Positions 19,038-31,800 of a stretch of 64,000 nt of DNA are shown here, one piece after another. The notes below the pieces were generated by a model. It was not told where the DNA came from, made no database searches, and was given only the letters and a program-made list of their open reading frames with translations. Source of the DNA: Candidatus Sabulitectum sp. GTDB taxonomy: Bacteria > Fermentibacterota > Fermentibacteria > Fermentibacterales > JCC-6. Positions within the stretch are counted from its first letter, which is position 1. The number at the start of each line of letters is the position of its first letter. The stretch lies in assembly GCA_029938555.1 (NCBI GenBank), contig JAOZUR010000006.1:10425-74424 (forward strand), read 5' to 3'. Position numbers and translations under genes: made by a program.

Positions 19038-19697
19038 ATGAAAGGTTATATAATGCCGAAATATGTAAAGTGCCCTGATACCTTTGCTCCGCTTTTCGAG
19101 TTAGCAGAAAATACAATTTCACCTTTTTTTGAAGACTTCAAGCGAAATCCTGAAGAGGGAAACATTACAGTATCATCAGAGAGATATGTTATTTACCGAG
19201 CTGAATCCATGGCCATTGCCATGAAAGAGCAACTTACCTCTGTGCTTGGGCCTGGAGCAGGTGTGGTTATCTACCAGATAGGAAAGGCCACAGGGGCTGC
19301 GGACGCCAAATACTACTTTAAGAAAACTGGAGTTCAGGATCCAGCCCAAAGACTTGCCATGGGTCCAGTTTCCTTTGCACTGGGTGGTTACGCAAATGTT
19401 ACCATTCTTCCAGAAAGTTCCCCAGCGCCCAACGAAGACTTCCTGCTAGTCTATGACCATCCTAACTCATACGAATCTGAGGCTCATCTTAATGCTGGTA
19501 TATCCACGGACAAACCTGTTGACTTCTTAAATGCAGGATACTCCGCAGGCTGGTGCTCTGAAGCTTTTGGTTTAAAGCTGGAAGCAAAGGAAATTACATG
19601 CAAGGCAATGGGGGACGCCCAGTGCCGATTTGTTATGGCTCCAGCCAACCGACTTAGAGATCGAATTAAAGAAATGAAAGCCATTTATTCCCTATAG
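19038..19697 (+). CDS. V4R-domain (4-vinyl reductase-like small-molecule binding) protein
   Basis: The C-terminal GYSAGWCSEAFGLKLEAKEITCKAMGDAQCRFVM matches the V4R E..C.a.Gd..C.F signature. The start could instead be the ATG at 19053. Confidence 0.65.
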   Translation: MKGYIMPKYVKCPDTFAPLFELAENTISPFFEDFKRNPEEGNITVSSERYVIYRAESMAIAMKEQLTSVLGPGAGVVIYQIGKATGAADAKYYFKKTGVQDPAQRLAMGPVSFALGGYANVTILPESSPAPNEDFLLVYDHPNSYESEAHLNAGISTDKPVDFLNAGYSAGWCSEAFGLKLEAKEITCKAMGDAQCRFVMAPANRLRDRIKEMKAIYSL

Positions 19698-19728
19698 AGC
19701 CATTCAGTATTCAAAATTCTCTTTATTT

Positions 19729-19757
19729 CTCGACCCTCTGCACTACAGAGGGTCGAG
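19729..19757 (+). terminator. Hairpin between the convergent V4R gene and fusA (candidate terminator)
   Basis: CTCGACCCTCTG-cacta-CAGAGGGTCGAG forms a perfect 12-bp stem. The U-tract is weak on both strands (tacgcttt on the plus strand). Confidence 0.5.
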
Positions 19758-19835
19758 TACGCTTTAATCTTGTTCAGCAAAACCTTTTCTAAAATTTCCC
19801 ATTAATTTATCAAAATATATCTCAGAACATGTCTG

Positions 19836-21890
19836 CTAAAAAGTGATGCCCATCTTCGCAAGCAACTTCTTCTGTACATTCAGAGGAACTTGAACATACT
19901 CGTTGAACTGCATTGTATATCCTGCTCTTCCCTGCGAGAGGCTTCTTAAAGCACTGGTATACCCAAACAGCTCAGCAAGTGGAATATTTGCAACTATTGC
20001 CTGGGCTTCACCACGACTATTTATGGAAACCACTGTTCCCCGTCTAGAATTCACATCACCAATTACATCACCCATGTATTCAACCGGTGTTACAATATCA
20101 ACTATCATTACAGGTTCACGAATAACAGGAGAAGCATTCTGCAAAGCTTTCCTTAAAGCAATAGCTGCCGAGGAGCTATAACCTAATTCTGTCGAGTCTG
20201 TCTCATGTACCTTGGCTTTCACAAGCACCACTTCAACACCATCCAAAGGATATCCAGCTAAGACGCCAGCACTTACAGCACCCATAACTCCGTTTTTTGC
20301 AGCCTCAAGAAATTCCACTGGCAGATTTTTAGCTTCTGATGAGAATTTTATTCCTGAATCACAAGGCCTTACTTCAATGAGAGCATTTCCATAATTGCCT
20401 TTACTGGCTATGAGCCTTTCAAATGTGTCCTCACCGCGACCGATTGAAGAAATACTTTCACGATAAGAAACTTGTGGACGGCCTGTACGAACATCCAGTT
20501 TTTTCTCTCTTTTCATTCTATCAACAACAATTTCAAGATGGAGCTCTCCCATGCCTCGGATCAGAGTCTGACCGGTTTCACGATCTACTCCCACCTTAAG
20601 ACTTGGATCTTCACTTGTCATATCTTTAAGTGCATCTTCAACTTTTTTCTCATCACTTGTGCTGGCTGGTTCAATTGCCATTTCCATCACAGGGTCAACA
20701 AAATTGATTGCTTCTAAAGTAAGAGGTTTGCCCAATTCTGTTAAAGTATCCCCGGTTGCTGCATTTTTCATACCTGCAGCGGCAATGTCACCTTCTGATA
20801 CGCTATCCAGATGTATTCTTTTATCAGCATGCATCATAACAAGTCTTGTGAGTCGTTCTTTTTTTCCAGTTCTATTGTTAAAAATAGCCTGACCATCTTT
20901 AGCTGTTCCGGAATAAACTCTTAGATAGGCCAACCGGCCTAGATGTGTATCCGTCTGAATCTTAAAAACCAATGCAGTGAAAGGTTCACTGTTTTCTCTT
21001 TTCCGAGTTTCACTTTTACCGTTGGGTTTGACTCCTGTAACAGAAGGCAGTTCTTCTGGCGCAGGCAACCAGTCAACAATGGCATCCAGCAATCTCTGCA
21101 CTCCTACATTTCTCAGGGCAGCGCCACACAATACTGGAATGAAAGCTCCTTCAATGGTACCTTTTCTTAAGAGAGAAGAAATCTCTTCTTTTCCAAGTTC
21201 ACCTGCGAAATATCTTTCCATGGCATCGTCATCAAGCTCTGCCACAGTTTCCATTACCTTTTCCAGAGCTTCCGCCGCCTGGTCTTGATATAACTCTGGT
21301 ATTTCTTTAACTTCAAATTTTGTACCAAGTGATTCCATGTCAAAATAAAGGGCTTTCTGTTCAAGAACATCAATTACACCCTTAAAATCACTACCCTGAC
21401 CCACTGGTAACATCACCGGCAATGGCGTTTCCCCAAGAATGTCCTTCATCATCTGAAGAACCCTGTAAAAATCAGCTCCCTGCCTGTCAAGTTTGTTCAC
21501 AAATGCAAGAGTGGGTACCGAATACCTTTGCGCTTGTCGCCATACGGTTTCTGTCTGTGGTTCCACACCGCCAACGGCACAGAATACACCGACTCCCCCG
21601 TCAAGAACCCTTAATGACCGTTCAACTTCCGCTGTAAAATCAACATGACCTGGAGTATCAATAATATTGATTCTGGTATTTTTCCACTGACAGGTGGTTG
21701 CAGCAGAAACTATGGTGATTCCCCGCTCCCGTTCCTGGGGCATCCAGTCCATAACCGTTGTGCCATGATCAACATCACCCATGCGGTGTGTTCTTCCTGT
21801 ATAAAACAATATTCTTTCAGTTACAGTTGTTTTGCCTGCATCTATGTGAGCAAATATGCCAATATTTCTAGTTTTACTGGGCGTACCCAT
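19836..21890 (-). CDS. fusA: Elongation factor G
   Basis: [24 protein letters not shown]...[13 protein letters not shown]...[11 protein letters not shown]...NKLDR in a 684-aa product. Confidence 0.9.
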   Translation of the reverse strand: MGTPSKTRNIGIFAHIDAGKTTVTERILFYTGRTHRMGDVDHGTTVMDWMPQERERGITIVSAATTCQWKNTRINIIDTPGHVDFTAEVERSLRVLDGGVGVFCAVGGVEPQTETVWRQAQRYSVPTLAFVNKLDRQGADFYRVLQMMKDILGETPLPVMLPVGQGSDFKGVIDVLEQKALYFDMESLGTKFEVKEIPELYQDQAAEALEKVMETVAELDDDAMERYFAGELGKEEISSLLRKGTIEGAFIPVLCGAALRNVGVQRLLDAIVDWLPAPEELPSVTGVKPNGKSETRKRENSEPFTALVFKIQTDTHLGRLAYLRVYSGTAKDGQAIFNNRTGKKERLTRLVMMHADKRIHLDSVSEGDIAAAGMKNAATGDTLTELGKPLTLEAINFVDPVMEMAIEPASTSDEKKVEDALKDMTSEDPSLKVGVDRETGQTLIRGMGELHLEIVVDRMKREKKLDVRTGRPQVSYRESISSIGRGEDTFERLIASKGNYGNALIEVRPCDSGIKFSSEAKNLPVEFLEAAKNGVMGAVSAGVLAGYPLDGVEVVLVKAKVHETDSTELGYSSSAAIALRKALQNASPVIREPVMIVDIVTPVEYMGDVIGDVNSRRGTVVSINSRGEAQAIVANIPLAELFGYTSALRSLSQGRAGYTMQFNEYVQVPLNVQKKLLAKMGITF

Positions 21891-22151
21891 TTCAATAACT
21901 CCTTTATATTCTTAGCTAAATTATAGTAATGCAATTTATTAAGAACTAAACAAATGTCAACCTTTTGACTTTTTCCTCACTAGTAATAATCTGCTTTTTC
22001 AGTGAACACTAGATTTTTAAAGTAAAAGGAGCATAGACAGTACGGAAAAATTTACTAAGTCTGATTTACAGTTTTTTCCGGTCAGTGTACTTTCATCTTG
22101 ACCTGTGTTATAAACTTCACAATGTTGTACTTTAACAAAAAAGGAGGAATC

Positions 22152-22679
22152 ATGGGTCTTTTAAGTTCTATCCTGGCATCGCAGGGGGGAAACATAATAG
22201 GGCAGATCTCAAGCAAATTCGGGTTGGACTCAAGTACTGCAGAAAGTGCCGTTCGTAGTCTAATTCCTGCAATTTCACAAGGAATTCAAAAGAACACTTC
22301 CGATAAAGCAGGGCTAGAGTCTCTGATTAGTGCTCTTGTTACAGGCAATCACCAAAATTACCTGAACGATCCGGACAGTGTTTCAAATCCAGCCACAACC
22401 ACTGATGGGAATTCTATTCTTGGACACATTCTAGGAAGCAAAGAAGAAAGTAGACATGTTGCTGCAGACGCTGCTGCCAGCTCTGGAGTAAGTGACAGTA
22501 CACTGAAGAAATTACTTCCCATACTTGCAAGTGTAACCATGGGGATAATAAGTAAGGAGAGTTCTTCTCTTTCAGAAAACAATCTTGATATAGGCGGATT
22601 ACTTAACACACTGATAAGTTCAGACGATGATAACTCGGGTTCCCAGGGGCTTCTGGGCTTAGCAAAAAAACTTTTCTAA
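22152..22679 (+). CDS. DUF937-family protein
   Basis: I placed the start at MGLLSSILAS, preceded by AAGGAGG. The segments ILGHILGSKEE...SGVSDSTLKKLLPILASVTMGIIS resemble DUF937. Confidence 0.6.
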   Translation: MGLLSSILASQGGNIIGQISSKFGLDSSTAESAVRSLIPAISQGIQKNTSDKAGLESLISALVTGNHQNYLNDPDSVSNPATTTDGNSILGHILGSKEESRHVAADAAASSGVSDSTLKKLLPILASVTMGIISKESSSLSENNLDIGGLLNTLISSDDDNSGSQGLLGLAKKLF

Positions 22680-22688
22680 GGGGGAAAA

Positions 22689-23117
22689 ATGGGACTTTTT
22701 GACTTTGCAACGAATATGGGTAGAAATCTCTTCAACAAGGAAGAAGACGCCCCACAAAAGATACAGGCGCATATTGAAGAAGACAATCCAGGAGTTACCG
22801 ATCTTATTGTTGCCTTCCACAAGGGTGTTGTCACTCTATCTGGTAATGCAGAAAGCAGTGAGGCTGTTGAAAAGGCCATACTCATGGCGGGGAATGTTAT
22901 GGGTGTAAGTGAAATTATTAATAATGTATTAAGTAAGTTGCCAATCGGGCAGAATACCGAATATTATGAAATAAAATCAGGAGACACTCTCTGGGGTATT
23001 GCAAAGAAATTTTATGGTAATGGCAGCAAGTATACCAGTATAGTTGAAGCCAACAAAGAAGTAATCAAAAACGCTGATAAGATTTTCCCCGGTCAAAAGA
23101 TTCGAATTCCAAAATAA
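22689..23117 (+). CDS. kbp: BON + LysM domain protein, Kbp/YgaU-like
   Basis: MGLFDFATNMG...VVTLSGNAESSEAVEKAILMAGNVMGVSEI (BON) and YYEIKSGDTLWGIAKKFYGNGSKYTSIVEANK...IFPGQKIRIP (LysM). The arrangement is collinear with E. coli Kbp. Confidence 0.8.
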   Translation: MGLFDFATNMGRNLFNKEEDAPQKIQAHIEEDNPGVTDLIVAFHKGVVTLSGNAESSEAVEKAILMAGNVMGVSEIINNVLSKLPIGQNTEYYEIKSGDTLWGIAKKFYGNGSKYTSIVEANKEVIKNADKIFPGQKIRIPK

Positions 23118-23126
23118 TTCCAAAAG

Positions 23127-23154
23127 AATGGCCGCCCTTGGAAGAGCGGCCATT
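23127..23154. terminator. Bidirectional intrinsic terminator between kbp and rpsG
   Basis: AATGGCCGC-ccttggaaga-GCGGCCATT, followed by T-rich runs on both strands (tctaatttt on plus, tcttttgg on minus). Confidence 0.6.
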
Positions 23155-23171
23155 TCTAATTTTAGCAGATA

Positions 23172-23636
23172 CTACCAGCGATAGTGTGCGAATGCTTTGT
23201 TTGCATCAGCCATTTTATGGGTATCCTCTTTTTTCTTAACACTGGAGCCTTCGTTACGAGCGGCATCCATAAACTCAGCAGCCAGACGCTCACGCATTGT
23301 ATTACCTTTGCGTTTTCTGGAAAAACCGATGATCCATCTCATAGCAAGAGCGTCCCTTTCTTCAGGACGAACTTCAAGAGGAATCTGATATGTAGATCCA
23401 CCAACACGGCGACTCTTAACCTTAAGAACAGGACGAACGTTGTTCATAGCTTTTGTGAAAACAGCTACTGGGTCCTGGCCTTTTTCGGTAATTATGTCAA
23501 ATGCTCCGTAAACAATGGACTCTGCCACGGATTTTTTACCTTGCAACATAATGTTGTTGATAAACTTAGCAATAACAATGTTCCCGAATTTTACGTCAGG
23601 TAAAATTTCTCTGCGTTTTGGTCTATTTCTTCTCAT
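23172..23636 (-). CDS. rpsG: 30S ribosomal protein S7
   Basis: [14 protein letters not shown]...[13 protein letters not shown]... Confidence 0.95.
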   Translation of the reverse strand: MRRNRPKRREILPDVKFGNIVIAKFINNIMLQGKKSVAESIVYGAFDIITEKGQDPVAVFTKAMNNVRPVLKVKSRRVGGSTYQIPLEVRPEERDALAMRWIIGFSRKRKGNTMRERLAAEFMDAARNEGSSVKKKEDTHKMADANKAFAHYRW

Positions 23637-23651
23637 TTTATATTCCCCGCT

Positions 23652-24023
23652 CTATGATTCCCGTTTTGTTCCGTATTTGGAACGGCTCTGTTTTCTACCC
23701 TCTACTCCGCTTGTATCCTCAACACCACGAATGATGTGATAACGAACACCAGGTAGATCTTTAACACGGCCACCTCTTACAAGCACAACGGAGTGCTCGT
23801 TAAGGTTATGCCCTTCTCCGGGAATGTAAGCAGTAATCTCGAATCCGTTGCGAAGCCTTACACGGGCTACTTTACGGAGTGCCGAGTTCGGTTTCTTTGG
23901 TGTGGAAGTGTACACTCTTGTACAAATTCCTTTTCTCTGCGGGCATCCTGTAAGAGCAGGTGCCTTAGTCTTTTGAGTAGGCTTTTTGCGCCCGTTTCGC
24001 ACCAGCTGATTAATGGTGGGCAA
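23652..24023 (-). CDS. rpsL: 30S ribosomal protein S12
   Basis: [14 protein letters not shown]...[17 protein letters not shown]. Confidence 0.95.
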   Translation of the reverse strand: MPTINQLVRNGRKKPTQKTKAPALTGCPQRKGICTRVYTSTPKKPNSALRKVARVRLRNGFEITAYIPGEGHNLNEHSVVLVRGGRVKDLPGVRYHIIRGVEDTSGVEGRKQSRSKYGTKRES

Positions 24024-24088
24024 ACTTTCTCCTTTCGTGGGTCAAGCTCATTAGAGCTCTCGTTTTTCTTAATACAGTAAGTGCAACT

Positions 24089-27000
24089 CTATACATGATT
24101 AAACTTTTCGTCAACCTCTGGCTCTGGAACTGGTATTGGTAACTCAGAACCATCACTCATGGAAATAGTGAGATCACGATATGCTTTCACTCCTGTGCCT
24201 GCGGGAACGAGATGTCCTACAATCACATTTTCTTTCAGGCCAACAAGTTTATCAAGCTTGCCATTAATGGCAGCATCTGAAAGAACTGAATTGGTTTCCT
24301 GGAAAGAAGCCGCTGAGAGAAAACTATTCGTAGCAAGTGATGCCTTGGTTATGCCAAGCAGCATTACATCACTGGAAGCTGGGCGTCTGCCCTGGCTCAT
24401 CATTTCCATATTCACTTTATTCAGAGCGAGACGGCTGATTCGAGCTCCCTCTAGGAACTGTGTATCACCTGCGTTCTCGACTCTGGCCTTACCCAGCATC
24501 TGTCTTACGACGATACCGATGTGTTTATCGTTAATCTTAACACCCTGAAGCCTGTAAACTTCCTGGATTTCGTTAAGAAGGTAATCCTCTACACTTTCTG
24601 TACCAATAACTCTAAGAATATCATGCGGATCAAGAGGTCCATCAGTAAGCTTATCTCCAGCTTCCACACGATCGCCTTCACGAACTCTGATATGCTTGGT
24701 TGCCTGTATCTTAATATTAGCTTCCTGACCCTGTTCGCCTGTGATAGTCACAGTTCGCATGGCTGCCTTAATTGGACTTAAAGCAATTTTTCCGCTAATT
24801 TCTGCAATTGCCGCAGCATCACCAGGTCGTCTTGCTTCAAACAGCTCATCAACTCTAGGAAGACCACCAGTAATATCTTTCTGCATACCAGCACGCTTAA
24901 CCATTCGTGCGATGTGGGTTCCTTTTCGTATCAGATGCCCATCACGAACATGCAATGTTGCACCACTTGGAATTGGATAAACACCTCTTACAAAATCCTT
25001 TATGAATTGTTCGACCTGATCCTGTCCTAACTGTTTCTGCTTGCCTCTAACAATAATGTGACTTCTTGAGCCACCTTTCTGGAAGAAACTAACAAGAACA
25101 AGAATCTTAGATCTAGCAATAATTTCACTAAATCGCAGTATTACCTGACGGGTTCCTGCATGAGCCTTATCAAGACTTGCAAGACCCATTACGAAAGGAT
25201 GAATCTGACTGTAATCAATCAGTGCTTCCATAAATTCGTCTTCCAACTCATCATTCTTTCGACTGCTGGAAGCTGCGAGACGGTCAGTAACTTCTTTAAG
25301 AGCATTGAAGTCTTCTTTGTCTTTTTTGCTTTTTGCTGTGGCTTGACCTAACTGCTCTACAATTTCAACAAAAGCAGCGTAACTACCTGTGCCTACACGC
25401 CTGCAGTCTAATGAAAGGAATGATGCATGGGAAGAGCTTGCAGCGTGTGCTTCAATGATATCATCATAAAGTGATGTTGGACGAACAGCATTAGTATCAC
25501 GGTAAGTGAAAACAATTCTTCCATTTGAAGTTTCAGCTTCTTCAAGAAGTTCGTTGAAGGTAATCAATTCTTCTTCGCGGCGCCTGGGACGACCGGAAAG
25601 AACAACCATAAATTCTGGGAGTATGAAAATATGCGGATGAAGAGTTCGACTTCTATCCTCAACAATTATCATCTGCCTATGCTGTTCACTATCAATATCC
25701 TCTTGAAGTGTAATATCTTCTTCAATGTCCACATAGTGAATAGAGCCTTCATGCTCACTAACTATTGGATTACTGAATGGTTCTGCCACAAAAAGAAGAT
25801 CTTCACGTTTTACGTTCTGATCATCTACAGTGAACATGATAGATCCAGGAGAAATCTCGTAAGTTGATAAAACTTCCCCATCATTATCAATTACATCTAT
25901 CTGACCATTTCTAGAAGCTATTATGCTGCTATTTCCCTCGGCATCGACACCCTCAACAAGATATATGTTCCTAAAGCTAACTCTACCTGGATGCCTTGCT
26001 TTTACCTGGTTATCCTGAGCCTCGCGTGATGCAACACCACCGGTATGGAATGTACGAAGAGTAAGCTGTGTTCCAGGCTCACCAATTGACTGAGCAGCAA
26101 TAACTCCTGCAGCTTCGCCTTCTGTTACCATACGATTTCTACTTAGATCCCAACCGTAACACATAGCACAAAGCCCACGCTCTGCCTCGCATGTTAGTAC
26201 GGATCTAATCTTAACAGACTCAAGAGAACGAGAATCAATATATGATGCAAGTTTTGGTGTTATCTCCGCACCTGCTTCACATATGATCTCATCTGTCACG
26301 GGATCATAAATATCTTCTGCTGTCACTCTTCCTACAATACGCTCGCTGAGTTTTTCAATAATCTTTTCACCCTCTTTAAGGGCAGAAATTTCTCGACCTC
26401 GAATTGTTCCACAATCGTCAAGGGTAATAACTACATCCTGACATACATCAACAAGTCGACGAGTAAGGTACCCAGCATCCGCTGTTTTAAGAGCTGTATC
26501 AGCAAGACCTTTTCTTGAACCGTGGGTAGAGATAGAATATTCAATAACCGAAAGGCCCTCTTTGAGTGAACTTATAATTGGCGTTTCAATTGTTTCACCA
26601 ATTTCACCAGACAATTTTTTCTTAGGTTTAGCCATAAGACCACGCATGCCTGCAAGCTGTCTTACCTGCTCTACACTACCTCTAGCACCTGAATTTGCCA
26701 TGAGATAAATAGGGTTAAATCCCTGATTATCATGGCTCAGCTGCTCCATCATTGAGTTCTTTACATCATCAGTGGCTTTTGACCACACATCGATGATTTT
26801 ATTGTATCTATCACTCTCGGTCATTTCCCCTTTGCGGGCGGCAAATTCGATCTGAGCGACTTTTTCAGAACTCTCGGAAATTATTTCCTTCTTTGCATCT
26901 GGAATTATCATATCATCCATGCCCACCGTAAGACCACATGTTGTACTGTACTTAAAACCGAGATCCTTGAGATTATCAAGGAAAACAGCTGTTTTTACAG

Positions 27001-28870
27001 CTCCCATTTCAGTAAATGATCTGGATACCATGCGGTTCAAACCTTTTTTACCAAAGATTTTAGCATGATCATCGGTAAGGCCGTTAGCCATTATGTAACC
27101 CATACCTTCAGGTACAATGGAGTTGAAAATAACTTGGCCTGGTGTGGTATAATCTTTCCAGAACTTGGACTGTCTAATTTCACCCTTTGAGTTTATTTCC
27201 GAAATCTTATTAATATTCCTAACTTTGATTCTGGTATGCAGATTCACTTTACCAGCATCAAGAGCTCCAATAACCTCATCCATTGAGGAAAAGATCATTC
27301 CCTCACCTTTATCTTTTGCGCGAGGTTTAGTTATGTAATAAGCTCCAATAACGATATCGTGACTTGGTGCTGCTACCGGTTCACCACTTGAAGGCTGAAG
27401 AATATTTCTGCTTCCAAGCATAAGAACCCTGGCTTCTATCTGAGCCTCGGCGGAAAGTGGAAGGTGAACAGCCATCTGATCACCATCAAAATCTGCGTTG
27501 AATGCTGCGCAAGCAAGAGGATGCAATCTGATAGCAAGACCCTCTACAAGCACAGGTTCAAAGGCCTGTATACCAAGTCTATGTAGTGTGGGTGCTCTGT
27601 TAAGCAAAACCGGATGGTTTGCAATAACCTCTTCAAGAATTGCCCAAACTACTTCATCTTTGTCTTCAACCTGTTTCTGAGCCATCTTGACCTTGTCACC
27701 GGTCAATCTGGCAAGTCTGCCAACCACAAACGGCTTAAACAACTCAAGTGCCATGAGCTTTGGTAATCCACACTGGTGCATCTTAAGTTCTGGACCCACC
27801 ACAATAACAGAACGGCCAGAGTAATCCACTCGTTTTCCAAGAAGATTTTGACGGAAACGACCGCGCTTACCTTTCAGTAGATCAGAAAGACTGCGAAGAG
27901 GACGCATTCCTGCACCCTTTACAGGTTTTCTTCTGCTTCCATTATCAAGCACGGCATCAACAGCTTCCTGAAGCATTCTTTTTTCATTCCTGAGAATCAC
28001 ATCAGGTGCCTGAAGATCCAACAGCCTGAGAAGTCTGTTATTTCTGTTTATAACACGCCTGTATAAATCGTTAAGATCACTTGAAGCAAATCTTCCTCCC
28101 TCAAGCGGAACAAGAGGTCTAAGGTCTGGAGGAAGCACAGGCAGAATTCGAAGAATCATCCACTCTGGTTTGTTATCATTTTTTGAGCTTTCAAATGCAA
28201 CAACTTCTTTAAGTCTCTTCAGATTTTTCTGACGACGACTCTGGGTTGTTTCATTAGCAATACTTGTACGAAGAGTTGCTGCAAGCTCATCCAGATCAAT
28301 TTCCGCAAGAAGGCTTGTTACTGCTTCAGCACCCATGCCAACTGTAAAAGCATCTTCACCGTAGGTTTCCCGAGCGGCGTAATAATCTTCGTCATCCAGA
28401 ACTTTACCTGGTTTCAAAGAAGGATGTTCACTGGTTATAACTATATAAGATTCGTAATAAAGAACCCGCTCTAGATTCAGATTTGTGATATCCAGCAGTT
28501 TATTAATTTTGCGACTCTTAAAGTACCAGATATGAGAAACAGGAACAGCTAGCTCAATATGCCCCATGCGACTTCTTCTAACTCGTGAATGAGTCACTTC
28601 TACGCCGCAACGGTCACACTTTACACCTCTGTAGCGGGGTTTTTTGTATCTACCGCAGCTACACTCCCAATCTTTTACTGGTCCAAAAATCTTTTCACAA
28701 AAGAGTCCGTCTGCCTCAGGTTTGTAACTACGATAATTTATAGTCTCTGCTTTTGTTACTTCCCCGTAGGACCACTCTTTGATGGTCTCTGGCGATGCAA
28801 GACTAATCCTAATTCCTGAGAAATCAGCTGGAAATGTATTCGCATCTCTTAGGGAATGTGAATCAAGCAT
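24089..28870 (-). CDS. rpoC: DNA-directed RNA polymerase subunit beta' (1593 aa, carries a large trigger-loop insertion)
   Basis: Zn-finger [20 protein letters not shown], active site NADFDGDQM, and the bridge/trigger elements TFHTGGVA ... [16 protein letters not shown]. Confidence 0.95.
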   Translation of the reverse strand: MLDSHSLRDANTFPADFSGIRISLASPETIKEWSYGEVTKAETINYRSYKPEADGLFCEKIFGPVKDWECSCGRYKKPRYRGVKCDRCGVEVTHSRVRRSRMGHIELAVPVSHIWYFKSRKINKLLDITNLNLERVLYYESYIVITSEHPSLKPGKVLDDEDYYAARETYGEDAFTVGMGAEAVTSLLAEIDLDELAATLRTSIANETTQSRRQKNLKRLKEVVAFESSKNDNKPEWMILRILPVLPPDLRPLVPLEGGRFASSDLNDLYRRVINRNNRLLRLLDLQAPDVILRNEKRMLQEAVDAVLDNGSRRKPVKGAGMRPLRSLSDLLKGKRGRFRQNLLGKRVDYSGRSVIVVGPELKMHQCGLPKLMALELFKPFVVGRLARLTGDKVKMAQKQVEDKDEVVWAILEEVIANHPVLLNRAPTLHRLGIQAFEPVLVEGLAIRLHPLACAAFNADFDGDQMAVHLPLSAEAQIEARVLMLGSRNILQPSSGEPVAAPSHDIVIGAYYITKPRAKDKGEGMIFSSMDEVIGALDAGKVNLHTRIKVRNINKISEINSKGEIRQSKFWKDYTTPGQVIFNSIVPEGMGYIMANGLTDDHAKIFGKKGLNRMVSRSFTEMGAVKTAVFLDNLKDLGFKYSTTCGLTVGMDDMIIPDAKKEIISESSEKVAQIEFAARKGEMTESDRYNKIIDVWSKATDDVKNSMMEQLSHDNQGFNPIYLMANSGARGSVEQVRQLAGMRGLMAKPKKKLSGEIGETIETPIISSLKEGLSVIEYSISTHGSRKGLADTALKTADAGYLTRRLVDVCQDVVITLDDCGTIRGREISALKEGEKIIEKLSERIVGRVTAEDIYDPVTDEIICEAGAEITPKLASYIDSRSLESVKIRSVLTCEAERGLCAMCYGWDLSRNRMVTEGEAAGVIAAQSIGEPGTQLTLRTFHTGGVASREAQDNQVKARHPGRVSFRNIYLVEGVDAEGNSSIIASRNGQIDVIDNDGEVLSTYEISPGSIMFTVDDQNVKREDLLFVAEPFSNPIVSEHEGSIHYVDIEEDITLQEDIDSEQHRQMIIVEDRSRTLHPHIFILPEFMVVLSGRPRRREEELITFNELLEEAETSNGRIVFTYRDTNAVRPTSLYDDIIEAHAASSSHASFLSLDCRRVGTGSYAAFVEIVEQLGQATAKSKKDKEDFNALKEVTDRLAASSSRKNDELEDEFMEALIDYSQIHPFVMGLASLDKAHAGTRQVILRFSEIIARSKILVLVSFFQKGGSRSHIIVRGKQKQLGQDQVEQFIKDFVRGVYPIPSGATLHVRDGHLIRKGTHIARMVKRAGMQKDITGGLPRVDELFEARRPGDAAAIAEISGKIALSPIKAAMRTVTITGEQGQEANIKIQATKHIRVREGDRVEAGDKLTDGPLDPHDILRVIGTESVEDYLLNEIQEVYRLQGVKINDKHIGIVVRQMLGKARVENAGDTQFLEGARISRLALNKVNMEMMSQGRRPASSDVMLLGITKASLATNSFLSAASFQETNSVLSDAAINGKLDKLVGLKENVIVGHLVPAGTGVKAYRDLTISMSDGSELPIPVPEPEVDEKFNHV

Positions 28871-28871
28871 T

Positions 28872-31800
28872 CTACCTCTCCCTCTCTTCGGTCATGTCAA
28901 GTTCGACATCCAGAGCAAGACTTCTCATTTCACTGAGAAGAACATTAAACGCTTCTGGCGTTCCTCTGGTTTCGACATTCCTGCCATGAACAATTGCCTT
29001 GTATGCTTCAGTTCGCCCATCAACATCATCACTTTTGATTGTGAGCATTTCCTGAAGGCAGTGTGACGCACCATACGCCTCAAGGGCCCAGACTTCCATC
29101 TCGCCCAATCTCTGTCCACCATTCTGAGCTTTTCCACCCAGAGGCTGCTGTGTAACCATTGCGTATGGCCCTGTGGAGCGTGCATGTATTTTATCTTCAA
29201 CCTGATGGGCAAGTTTCAACATGTACATTCTTCCCACAGTAACCCGCTGATCAAATGGATCTCCTGTTCTACCATCGTAAAGCACAGTTTTACCATCACG
29301 GTGAAGACCGGCTTCTTCAAGAAGATCACCAATTACCTGATTATTTACACTATCAAAAACAGGGGTGATTGCATTAATACCAAGTTCTGCTGCAGCCATG
29401 CCCAAGTTTGTTTCCATTATCTGACCAACATTCATTCTACTTGGAACACCAAGAGGGTTCAAGCAAATATCAACTGGTGTACCGTCTGGAAGGTACGGCA
29501 TATCTTCTTCAGGAACAATAATACTAACAACACCTTTATTTCCGTGACGACCGGCCATTTTATCGCCAATGCGAAGTTTGCGTCGTTTAGCAACATAAAC
29601 TTTTACCAGCCTTGTGACCCCTGGTTTCAGTTCGTCACCACGGTGAAGTCTGTCTTCTATATCCTGATATTTATCATTTAAATCTTTTAGTTTACTTTCG
29701 GCACTGCGAAGAATTCTTCTTGCTCTGTCATCAATAACAAGATCTTCTACAAGCTGACGGTTGAAATCAAGATCAGTGAAATCAACCTTTTTCAAGAAGG
29801 TAATAGTGATTTTTCTTCCCTCTGGAATCAGTTGTTCACCTGTAACACCATCAATAAAAGTAGCAGCTTTCTCGCCGGTAAGAACACTTCTAAGCATGGA
29901 ATTTCTGTTATCGAAAAGTCTTTTTTCATTCTCGGCTCGTTCAGCACGAAGAGCGTCCACGCGAGACTCTATTTCTCTTCTTCCTCGTTCTGTATCATCC
30001 CTGCGAGAATAAACCTTTACATCAACAACTATTCCAGACATTCCAACTGGAGCCTTTAGTGAAGTATCTTTAACATCACTAGCACGCTTGCCGAAAATTG
30101 CACGGATTAGTCTTTCTTCAGGAGAAAGATCCTGCTCGCCTTTAGGGCTTACTTTTCCAACAAGAATGTCACCTGCTCTGATTCTGGAACCTACTCTAAC
30201 AATTCCATTTTCATTAAGATTACGCATTGCTTCAGACTTCTCTGTGGCATTAGGAAGATCGTAAGTAAGTTCTTCAGGACCTAATTTTGTCTCACGGAAT
30301 TGTGTTTCTAATTCCACAATATGAACTGAGGTAAAAGTATCATCTTTTACAACTCGTTCACTAACAACAATTGCATCCTCAAAGTTATACCCGTTCCATG
30401 GAGTAAATGCTACTAGTGCATTAACACCAATTGCCAATCTACCATTTTTTGTTGCCATTCCATCAGCAAGAATATCACCTTTTTTAACAATATCTCCTAC
30501 AGAAACCAATGGTTTCTGATTTACACATGTATCTTGGTTTGAACGCTCAAATTTTCTGAGCTTATAAATGTCATCTCTGTCAAAATCATACTCATCACCA
30601 TCAGCTTTAATAATAATTTTAGCAGCATCAACCCAAGTAATTACACCGTCTCGAGTTGCGATAACAAGTGCACCGCTATCGCGGGCGGCAATATCTTCCA
30701 TACCAGTACCCACAACAGGATCATCGGTGAAAAGCAATGGTACCGCCTGACGCTGCATATTAGAACCCATCAAAGCTCTGTTTGCATCATCATGCTCAAG
30801 GAAAGGTATTAATGCAGCTGACAAACCAACAAGCTGCATGGGACTCACATCAATGTATTGCACTTCATCCGGAGTTACCATAGGGAACGCTCCGGCTTTT
30901 CGTGCTCTTACAAGTGGACCCACAAGTTGATTGTCCTGATCAACAATTGAGTCTGCTTCAGCAACTATTGTTCTATCCTCTTTATCAGCGGAAAGGAAAG
31001 AAACCTCATTTGTTATTTTACCGTTAATTACTCGTCTGTAAGGTGTTTCCAGGAAACCGAATCTATTGATAGATGCGTAAACTGAAAGAGTAGTAATCAA
31101 ACCAATGTTTGGTCCCTCTGGTGTTTCAACAGGACAAACTCTGCCATAATGGGTATGATGAACATCTCTTACATCGAAACCAGCTCTTTCTCTGGTAAGG
31201 CCACCCTCACCAAGAGCACTTGTTCGACGCTTATGAGTAAGTTCTGCAAGTGGATTTGTCTGCTCCATAAACTGAGATAACTGACTCTGTCCGAAGAATG
31301 AATTAATTACACTGGAAAGAGTTCGGGAGTTCACAAGATCTTGAGGTCTGAGTTTTTCCCTGTCCTGCTGCCCCATTCTGTCTTTTATTGTTCTAGCCAT
31401 CCTGGCAAGACCTTTTGAAAACTCCTGTCCTAGAAGTTCTCCTACAGTTTTTACTCTTCTATTACCAAGATGATCAATATCATCTGATACATTTTTTCCT
31501 TCTCGAAGACGAATAAGACTATCTACAATCGCCACAAGATCTGGAACGGTTAGAGTCAACTTGTCCATGGATGTGTTAATGTTTAATCTCTCATTAAGCT
31601 TGTAACGACCAACCTCACTGAGGCTGTAACGCTTACTGTCAAAGAACATTGACCTTAAGTAACTTCTAGCGTGATCAAGCGAAGGAGCATCCGTTCCGCG
31701 AAGAGCCTCATAAATCCACATTGTTGCAGAAGCTTCACTCTTCTCGATTCCAGCACCAAGAGCAGATTCCTCTTTTGCCAGAGTACGACGAATACTGTCA

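Noticed and set aside
18835-19078. Small ORFs 18835-19035 (minus) and 18893-19078 (plus) in the rpsJ/V4R intergenic region
   Set aside because: They have no RBS, no recognisable motifs, and overlap each other. The region is more simply the S10 operon leader plus the V4R promoter.
19836-21890. Whether the EF-G gene is a Tet(M)/Tet(O)-type ribosomal protection protein or an EF-G2 paralogue, given its isolation from rpsG
   Set aside because: The G-domain motifs ([36 protein letters not shown]) and the 684-aa length fit canonical EF-G. They do not resemble the Tet(M) or Thermus EF-G2 N-termini as I recall them. Phylogeny would be needed to say more.
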